From Minisyncoccota bacterium (GTDB taxonomy: Bacteria; Patescibacteriota; Minisyncoccia; Phycocordibacterales; SW-6-46-9): a stretch of 64,000 nt of DNA. Below, piece by piece: positions 57,902-64,000 of the stretch (position 1 is the stretch's first letter; every line of letters begins with the position of its first letter). Made by a program: the position numbers and the translations under genes. The notes under the pieces were generated by a model. The model searched no databases and was not told the origin of the DNA. It saw nothing but the letters and a program-made list of their open reading frames with translations. Location: the NCBI GenBank assembly GCA_040905385.1, contig JBBDRP010000002.1, forward strand, positions 85,337 through 149,336. The letters run 5' to 3'.

Positions 57902-58408
57902 CTACTCTGGTTCGATCATCATGTTCAGTCCTTTCGGTCCTTTACGTGCGCCTTGGGTGATTTTGTAGTCAGTACTAATAAACTTGAGAAAACGATCCAG
58001 GCGCTCCTGATGGAAGCTTCGGCCAAGGCCCTTGGCCCGTCCTCGCAGATACAGCTCAAGCTTAACGCGATTTCCATCCTTGAGCCATTTGGTGGCTCGG
58101 TTCGCCTTCATCTCCAGGTCATTTTCCGAGGTACCAATCTTTACCTGGACGGTTTTGGTTTCGACCTGTTTGGACTTGGAGTTGTCCTGCTTCTTCTTCT
58201 GTTCGTACTTATACTTTCCAAAGTCCATTATCTTGGCGACCGGTGGATTGCTTTGTGGAGCAATCTCTACCAGATCCAGCTCGGCCTCCTCGGCCATTTT
58301 CAGGGCTTCATCTCGGGACTTTACCCCCACATTCTCACCGTCCGCATCAATGATACGTAGCTCCTTTGCTCTAATGTCTGCGTTTGTGCGAGTGTTATTT
58401 CTTGCCAC
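57902..58408 (-). CDS. infC: translation initiation factor IF-3
   Basis: IR..E.R.ID..G...GV..R.EAL..A.E..LDLVE..P...PPV.KIMD.GK.KYE. 168 aa. Confidence 0.85.
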   Translation of the reverse strand: MARNNTRTNADIRAKELRIIDADGENVGVKSRDEALKMAEEAELDLVEIAPQSNPPVAKIMDFGKYKYEQKKKQDNSKSKQVETKTVQVKIGTSENDLEMKANRATKWLKDGNRVKLELYLRGRAKGLGRSFHQERLDRFLKFISTDYKITQGARKGPKGLNMMIEPE

Positions 58409-58439
58409 TTGTTAAAGTTGTTTAAATTTAAAGCAGATG

Positions 58440-58585
58440 TATTTATTGTCTAGCGAAGCGAGAGAAAAGAAAGCTAGCTTTCTTTTCCGAGCGAGCGACG
58501 ACAACAAAAGACACCAGCTTCTGCATCTTTGTTGCAGAGAAACGCGCGAGAGCACGCTTTCTGTCGAGGGTTTATCCCTCGACAA
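58440..58585 (+). repeat. Family-2-like unit plus hairpin cluster
   Basis: TAGCGAAGCGAGAG + GAAAAGAAAGCTAGCTTTCTTTTC hairpin + CGAGCGAGCGACG. Then TCTGCATCTTTGTTGCAGA and GTCGAGGGTTTATCCCTCGAC hairpins. Confidence 0.5.
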
Positions 58586-58622
58586 CGGTGTCTTTTATAC
58601 CATATAGGGGTCTGATTCGCAA

Positions 58623-60017
58623 TTATATTACCCCCTTAATCCAGCGCAGCAGTGTCTTGGTGTCGTCGCCGCGATTTTCAGCCCCCAACACAATAACAAC
58701 AATGTTTCGACTGCTGTTTTCCGCATCGACAGTATAGATTGAAAGCAGCGTATGTCGCGCGCGATCTGTGTAGCCATTTTTCCCACCATGATAATTGTCC
58801 ATACCAACTACCGGGTTGTTGTTGGTAAAGTTACGCAGTCCGTCCGAATATGGGTCCGGTGTTGTGCTCATGATCTCTGTGGTGGTATCAAGTATCGATC
58901 GGTGGTAAGACCAGATGTAGCGAGCTAGCCGCAATAGGTCGTGTCCTGTAGAGGTATTTAGATCTGAGAGACCGCTAGGGTCATCAAATATTGTAGTACG
59001 CATTCCTAGCGTGCGGGCCTTCTGATTCATTAGCTCCATAAATCTGTCGTATCCGTAATGCTCGGCGATGGCCGTAGCAGCATCATTGGATGAGTCCAAG
59101 AGCAGCGGTAGGTACAGCGTACTGAGCCCGAAGGCTTCTCCTGCTGATAGGCCACCAGAGTTTCCATATGTAGCCGCGGCGTTAGGGCTGATGTATACCG
59201 GGTCACTTGATCTGTTGTTCTCGCGAGCCACCACAGCCGTCATAAGCTTGGTGATTGAAGCAATCGCTAAAGAGCGACGGGACCTCTTATGAGCAATGAC
59301 TTCACCAGTGTCGATATCAGCAATGATGTACGCCTGTGCTGATACTGGCGGTGGTGAAGAAGAGAGAGTCTCCCCAATCTCGTTGCCGTACGAGACGATG
59401 ACTGGTGTGTCCTGACTGGCTAGGTCGTACAATCGCTGGGCATCATCGTGACGTAGCGGAATTCCACCACCGATCTCACCGGCTCCTTGGGGTTGTCCGT
59501 ACACTGAGATGTTGCGGTAGAACTGCTGTGTGTATGGGTTGCGTGTACCATTTTTTGCAGAGAGATGCCGCTCATTTCGGTAATGTATTCGGTGCTGTCC
59601 GGCCGGAAGCTCGTCTTCAGTAAGCTCGCCCCTGTCGAGAAGTATTGGATAGGTATGGGCGATGCGGCCATTTTCGTACCAGTACAGCTCCATGGCATTT
59701 AGGTCAATGCCGATAAACTGACCGTAGCGGTCTGCCTGTGCCTCTAGCTCGGGTGATGGTCCGATGGCGCGATCAACACCGGCAACGCTGCCGCGCTCGG
59801 CGATTTCGCTCCAGAATGCATTTCCTGGCTCCTGCTGGGTCAGTTCCTCGACTTGATCCTCCTGGGTAAATACACCACTAGCAAAGCCGATACCAACCGC
59901 AGTGGTAACGAGTAGTATGACGACAAATGATATGTAAAAGGGGTCGTAGGTTAGGTTGGTTTTCTTCATAAGACAGGGTGGTGTCAGTGGATAAATTGTA
60001 TCATGTAGTGGATTCAA
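58623..60017 (-). CDS. D-alanyl-D-alanine carboxypeptidase (peptidase S11, PBP5-like) with an N-terminal TM anchor and an extra N-terminal domain
   Basis: SxxK motif AIASITKLMTAVV in the C-terminal half. A TM helix near the N-terminus. The first ~250 aa are unassigned. Confidence 0.6.
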   Translation of the reverse strand: MNPLHDTIYPLTPPCLMKKTNLTYDPFYISFVVILLVTTAVGIGFASGVFTQEDQVEELTQQEPGNAFWSEIAERGSVAGVDRAIGPSPELEAQADRYGQFIGIDLNAMELYWYENGRIAHTYPILLDRGELTEDELPAGQHRIHYRNERHLSAKNGTRNPYTQQFYRNISVYGQPQGAGEIGGGIPLRHDDAQRLYDLASQDTPVIVSYGNEIGETLSSSPPPVSAQAYIIADIDTGEVIAHKRSRRSLAIASITKLMTAVVARENNRSSDPVYISPNAAATYGNSGGLSAGEAFGLSTLYLPLLLDSSNDAATAIAEHYGYDRFMELMNQKARTLGMRTTIFDDPSGLSDLNTSTGHDLLRLARYIWSYHRSILDTTTEIMSTTPDPYSDGLRNFTNNNPVVGMDNYHGGKNGYTDRARHTLLSIYTVDAENSSRNIVVIVLGAENRGDDTKTLLRWIKGVI

Positions 60018-60096
60018 GTAGGTATTGTAAATAAAAACCCCGCAAACTAATGTTAGCTTACGGGGTCTGCTGTCGGCGGGGGTATGAATTATTATT

Positions 60097-60552
60097 TTAT
60101 TTCACAGGATATGTTTCTCCAGGTATGTTTTTTCTCTCTAGAGTTATTACTCTAACTGATTTTACGAGCCGGAAATACTTTTTCTTCTCCTTAAATTCAG
60201 GAATACTTTTTGCAACCTCATCCATTTTAAGGCGGGTAGTTTTAACCTTTACTCCATTAAGCCGATCTTGGCACTCAGTAACGGTGTCTAGATTTTCAGA
60301 CTTACTACCATTCTTAACTGGAAAAAAGACTGATCGCGTACATTCCGGAGTGTTATCTTTAGGTAGGATTCTTGCTGTTCTCCACTCTAGGTGAGGATAG
60401 AGATCTTCCAGTCCTGCCTCCATTAGTTTTGTATCAGGAATTACCTGATCAGCACATTCGAGTATGAACAAAAGCCCTACTTCTATGGTTTGAACAATTT
60501 GCTTTTCTTCGGTATCTTTCAGTCCATTGATCGCTACTCTTCTTACTGTCAT
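60097..60552 (-). CDS. hypothetical protein
   Basis: 151 aa ORF with no recognisable motif. Confidence 0.4.
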   Translation of the reverse strand: MTVRRVAINGLKDTEEKQIVQTIEVGLLFILECADQVIPDTKLMEAGLEDLYPHLEWRTARILPKDNTPECTRSVFFPVKNGSKSENLDTVTECQDRLNGVKVKTTRLKMDEVAKSIPEFKEKKKYFRLVKSVRVITLERKNIPGETYPVK

Positions 60553-60651
60553 TTCTTGCTCCTTTTTATGTGATTTTTAATTAACTGCTGCCCCAAAGTA
60601 TAGAGAACTTATCAAAGAATGCAACACGTATCTGGATGATACAATGGTGGT

Positions 60652-61332
60652 ATGCAATGCGTGATTCTAGCAGCTGGTGAAGGGAAGCGGATGCGACCGC
60701 TGACCAAAGAAACACCAAAACCGCTGGTTCAGGTGGCTGGTAAACCGCTTCTTTGGCATGTGGCGCAGGCGGTACCGGATGAGATTACTGAGTTTATCAT
60801 TGTGGAAGGCTACCTCGGCGATCAGATAAAAGACTACTGTGGTGAGGAGTTTTTAGGTCGGTCGGTAACCTACGTACATCAACCCGAAAAGCTCGGTACG
60901 GCTGATGCCTTACTCCGGTGTCAGGAGGCTATCAATGGACGCTTCTTACTTTTGTACGCCGATGATTTGTTTGGTGGGGAGGGGCTGGAACGTTTGCTCA
61001 CTCACGACAACGCCCTGTTGGTGATGAAGCATGATGAACCTGAGCGTTTCGGGGTGATTGTGGTTAATGAGGCCGGAGAGGTGACTGATATGCTGGAGAA
61101 GCCTGATGACCCTCCGTCTAATTTAGTTTCGGTCGGTCCTATGGTCTTAACAAAGGAAATTTTTAATTACAAGCCAGAGATGCATAAAAGTGGCGAATTA
61201 GCAGTACCCTCAATGGTGCAGAAGATGGCCCAGGACTATCCGATTTATACCGAAGAGGCCAGCTTCTGGTTCCCGGTCGCGAACCCGGATCACGTCAAAG
61301 AGGCCGATGGGATTTTAAAAGAAAGAGAGTAA
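60652..61332 (+). CDS. sugar-phosphate nucleotidyltransferase (NTP_transferase family)
   Basis: N-terminal ILAAGEGKRMRPLT..PKPL signature. Confidence 0.7.
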   Translation: MQCVILAAGEGKRMRPLTKETPKPLVQVAGKPLLWHVAQAVPDEITEFIIVEGYLGDQIKDYCGEEFLGRSVTYVHQPEKLGTADALLRCQEAINGRFLLLYADDLFGGEGLERLLTHDNALLVMKHDEPERFGVIVVNEAGEVTDMLEKPDDPPSNLVSVGPMVLTKEIFNYKPEMHKSGELAVPSMVQKMAQDYPIYTEEASFWFPVANPDHVKEADGILKERE

Positions 61333-61396
61333 ATAAAAAAGATTTAGATATTAAAAAACGCACCAAGGAGTAATCCAAGGTGCGTTTAATCGTGGT

Positions 61397-61891
61397 TTAG
61401 TTTGCCGGTGAGGTGGTGTGGGAATCAGTTATTGGAAAAATAAGTCCAACTCCGGGAACCCTTCTTGCCATCAGTCGTACGGCTGTTTTTGTCAACTGTT
61501 GTTCCATCCAATCAGTTTTGATGTCCTTCAGTCTCTTCAGGTGCTCGGAAACTGACTTACTTTCTGTTTGTTCCAGCTCTTCGTCCGTAAACTGTAAGGG
61601 GACTAATACGATTGGGATCTTACCACTTAGCTGTGAGTACATTGGCTCACCCCATCGTAAATCGTTTTCATCACTTTCGAGTGCTTTTGTTATGTCTTCC
61701 AGTTTTACACTTTCCTTTACGTTTATTCGAAGACCTGCATAAATTATAGTGCGAGCCTTTACGCCCTGCGACTCTTTCTTTCCTTTGTTTGTTGTTGAAA
61801 TCTTATGTTTCACTTTTGCTCCTGCCTTTGGTTTGGGTTTAGTAAGAACTATTGTCTGATCTGATAGTAAAGTATTTTTGTTGTTTGTCAA
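61397..61891 (-). CDS. hypothetical protein
   Basis: 164 aa, K-rich N-terminus. No recognisable family. Confidence 0.4.
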   Translation of the reverse strand: MTNNKNTLLSDQTIVLTKPKPKAGAKVKHKISTTNKGKKESQGVKARTIIYAGLRINVKESVKLEDITKALESDENDLRWGEPMYSQLSGKIPIVLVPLQFTDEELEQTESKSVSEHLKRLKDIKTDWMEQQLTKTAVRLMARRVPGVGLIFPITDSHTTSPAN

Positions 61892-61944
61892 CTCTGGCTA
61901 TGTACAGATTGGTGACAAGCAAAAGTAGTTTTTTATGTCAGAAT

Positions 61945-61974
61945 CTAAATAACTCAACCGGTTGAGTTATTTAG
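61945..61974. repeat. 30-bp palindrome CTAAATAACTCAACCGGTTGAGTTATTTAG, copy 2 of 2
   Basis: Matches 2999-3030 apart from the central base. Confidence 0.5.
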
Positions 61975-62674
61975 ATTTTTGGGTCTTAGCATCATCCGAG
62001 TCGTACCTGGAGATTTACTATCCGGAAAAATCTACCAGAAAAGATGTAAATGGATTTACGGAAGTGGGTTGGTGAGTAGCAAGAAAAAGTTGTTATATAA
62101 CGGATTATATAATCAATTATATAAATCAGGTCGAGAGTGAGTGAGTTAGGGAAGGGTGGTAAAAAAAAGCCCACCAGATGATCTGTCTGGCGGGCCGTTG
62201 TTTTATGAAGCCCCAATAAATATTGGGTAATGTGTGAACCTGTGCAATGTCCACACAAATATAATCTAGCACATGTGATGAATTTGTCAAAAAATGTATG
62301 TTCGTGACAATTCTGCCAGAAGAGTCATCGAAGTCTCCGCCAGTGTGGCTGAAGAGCTTGGTCTGAATGTTGGTGATCGGCTGGATGTGTCCCCAGCAAC
62401 CTCGACTCCGTCGGTTGATTGCGCCATGCTTTGACGATGTATTTTACAAGCATGCAAGGTAGTTTTCTCGTCGGTAAAAAATATTAAATTGTAAAAAAGG
62501 GCCAAGATTAGAGTTTATAATGTAAATAAGCAAACTCGGCTGGTGCCGAGCTTGCTTTCAAAATATTTTATTAAAGCCAGAGAGAAGAGCTGTCGATCTT
62601 ATCTCGGCCCTGTCTTCTGACCTTACTACTATAGTAACGCGCAGGAGTCGGGTAAGTCATGTTGATAACTCATT

Positions 62675-62866
62675 ATGGCACAACCAAAAAACCACGTCAA
62701 AAAATGGACTAAGAAAGATGATTCTAAACTCAAGAAATTAGCCAAAGGTAATACTCCGACAAGGATTATTGGCTTAAAACTCGGTCGAACAGAAGATTCT
62801 GTTCGAAATAGAGCGCATGAAAAAAAGGTCTCACTTAAGCCAACGAATCAATCACCGTACGGTTAA
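62675..62866 (+). CDS. hypothetical small basic protein
   Basis: 63 aa ORF followed by a strong terminator. Confidence 0.35.
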   Translation: MAQPKNHVKKWTKKDDSKLKKLAKGNTPTRIIGLKLGRTEDSVRNRAHEKKVSLKPTNQSPYG

Positions 62867-62890
62867 TAACTCTGACTATCTGAACTGAAA

Positions 62891-62915
62891 CAAAACCCGC
62901 CAATTGGCGGGTTTT
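62891..62915 (+). terminator. Rho-independent terminator
   Basis: AACCCGCC AATT GGCGGGTT followed by TTGTGATT. Confidence 0.6.
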
Positions 62916-62975
62916 GTGATTGGATGGTCACAGCTTGTGAATTTGATGCTACAATAAATTTATAAAACCAAGCTT

Positions 62976-63455
62976 ATGAAGAAAAATATTGTAATAATCG
63001 TCCTGTTCATCGCTTTTATAACAGTGCTGCTATGGCCAAAAGGAGAGCCTTCAGGTGGCGAGCTCGCGGTTACTAGATCTCATACTCCTTCCAGCATTAC
63101 TTCTTCCGAAGATATTACTTGTGAGTATCCTCAGACCTTGAGTGCTAACTACCAAAATGAACAAATATCACACGAGATTCCTGAGCCCGAAACAAACCCT
63201 ATTATTATTACTTATAGCAACATTCAGACAGAAGAACCGACTGTTAAGTTCATTGATGCAACGCAGACAATTTCTGAAAGCAAAGTTATAAAGCTTGTTG
63301 ATGATGAAGATAAGTTCATGTTCTTGGAAGGTGCCGGTGATTCATACTTAACCGTTCACACGATTTATAAAAACACGGGGATATCTACATATACTAAACA
63401 AATCTCATTACTTGGAACACATATAGCAACTTCTGCAGTCGGGACGTGTAGATAA
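62976..63455 (+). CDS. hypothetical secreted protein
   Basis: Signal anchor MKKNIVIIVLFIAFITVLLW. AT-rich. Confidence 0.45.
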   Translation: MKKNIVIIVLFIAFITVLLWPKGEPSGGELAVTRSHTPSSITSSEDITCEYPQTLSANYQNEQISHEIPEPETNPIIITYSNIQTEEPTVKFIDATQTISESKVIKLVDDEDKFMFLEGAGDSYLTVHTIYKNTGISTYTKQISLLGTHIATSAVGTCR

Positions 63456-63474
63456 TCAGTGATATAATTTATGT

Positions 63475-63840
63475 ATGTTCAACAAGAAATTTATCGGTTC
63501 AAATATTTCTTTAGTAATTGGTATACTTGCAATCATTGCAGGTTTAGCAAATCCCTCTAGCACATTGTTGGCAGGTATTTATATAGTGCTTGGTGCAATT
63601 GCTTATAAATCTCTAAAGAAAAGAAAACTTGGTATTGTCCAGGATTCAAAAATTCGTCCGATTTTGGAGGTTGTGGCAATATTTGCAATCGTCGTCCTAG
63701 TTTTAATGCAGAATAATCTCCGAATGCACCTTATCAACGATCCGTTTCCTAATCTTGTGATACCTCTATGGGTTATCGTTTCATACCTAATCGTGTATTT
63801 CAGAGATATAAAACCTGAACAAATTCAAATCAAGGAATAG
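63475..63840 (+). CDS. hypothetical membrane protein
   Basis: 121 aa with 4 predicted TM helices. Confidence 0.45.
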   Translation: MFNKKFIGSNISLVIGILAIIAGLANPSSTLLAGIYIVLGAIAYKSLKKRKLGIVQDSKIRPILEVVAIFAIVVLVLMQNNLRMHLINDPFPNLVIPLWVIVSYLIVYFRDIKPEQIQIKE

Positions 63841-64000
63841 ATTTTAAGATGTCGCAGGCAGGGGATTGCCGTCATTTCTCAGTAATTTATCGTTGGGGGA
63901 ATTGGTCACAAGTCTTCTCACTGACGTTCGAAGCTCGTGGTGCAGATAAAATATGTATGTCGGGAATCGCCTACAAGTCCTCGCAAAACATAGTCGTGAG

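Noticed and set aside
1-64000. rRNA genes, transposases, integrases and restriction-modification genes
   Set aside because: No 16S/23S/5S-like conserved stretches, such as the GTGCCAGCAGCCGCGGTAA-type motifs, were seen. No ORF showed DDE transposase, tyrosine/serine recombinase or methyltransferase motifs.

Overview
This window is a chromosomal segment of roughly 49% GC. Its organisation resembles a reduced-genome bacterium of the Patescibacteria/CPR type, possibly Saccharibacteria-like. Four observations support that: (1) many ribosomal proteins carry charged low-complexity extensions, (2) rpmD (L30) is absent, (3) tRNA-His has an encoded G-1, and (4) small hypothetical genes are common.

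The core of the window is a translation cluster. rplJ-rplL sits without rplK/rplA upstream or rpoBC downstream. It is followed by tuf-rpsJ-rplCDWB, then an antisense insertion, then rpsS-rplV-rpsC-rplP-rpmC-rpsQ-rplNXE-rpsNH-rplFR-rpsE-rplO-secY. cmk lies antisense before adk-map, and infC-rpmI-rplT are on the minus strand. Cell-wall genes are present (two Mur ligases with hydrophobic N-terminal extensions, ddl, a DacA-like peptidase), as are ruvA, ruvX, folD, sodA, ndk and six tRNAs.

The sequence itself shows three things that the gene list does not explain.
- At least two families of structured intergenic repeats whose hairpin stems change in a base-pair-covariant way. Family 1 is about 100 bp with six copies, mostly just 3' of + strand genes. 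Family 2 is a modular hairpin unit with two large loci plus scattered AGCGAG-type fragments.
- Several tRNA-end duplications or fragments: a tRNA-Ser 5' duplication, a tRNA-His 3' duplication, and a truncated tRNA with a palindromic insert.
- A three-gene module sitting where the rest of the alpha operon is expected. It comprises a 297 aa acidic protein, a 1701 aa giant acidic protein with two central hydrophobic segments, and a 924 aa P-loop ATPase of the VirD4/VirB4 type with no membrane anchor.

A free-standing LAGLIDADG endonuclease and several AT-rich hypothetical genes suggest acquired DNA. No rRNA, CRISPR array, transposase or integrase was recognised.
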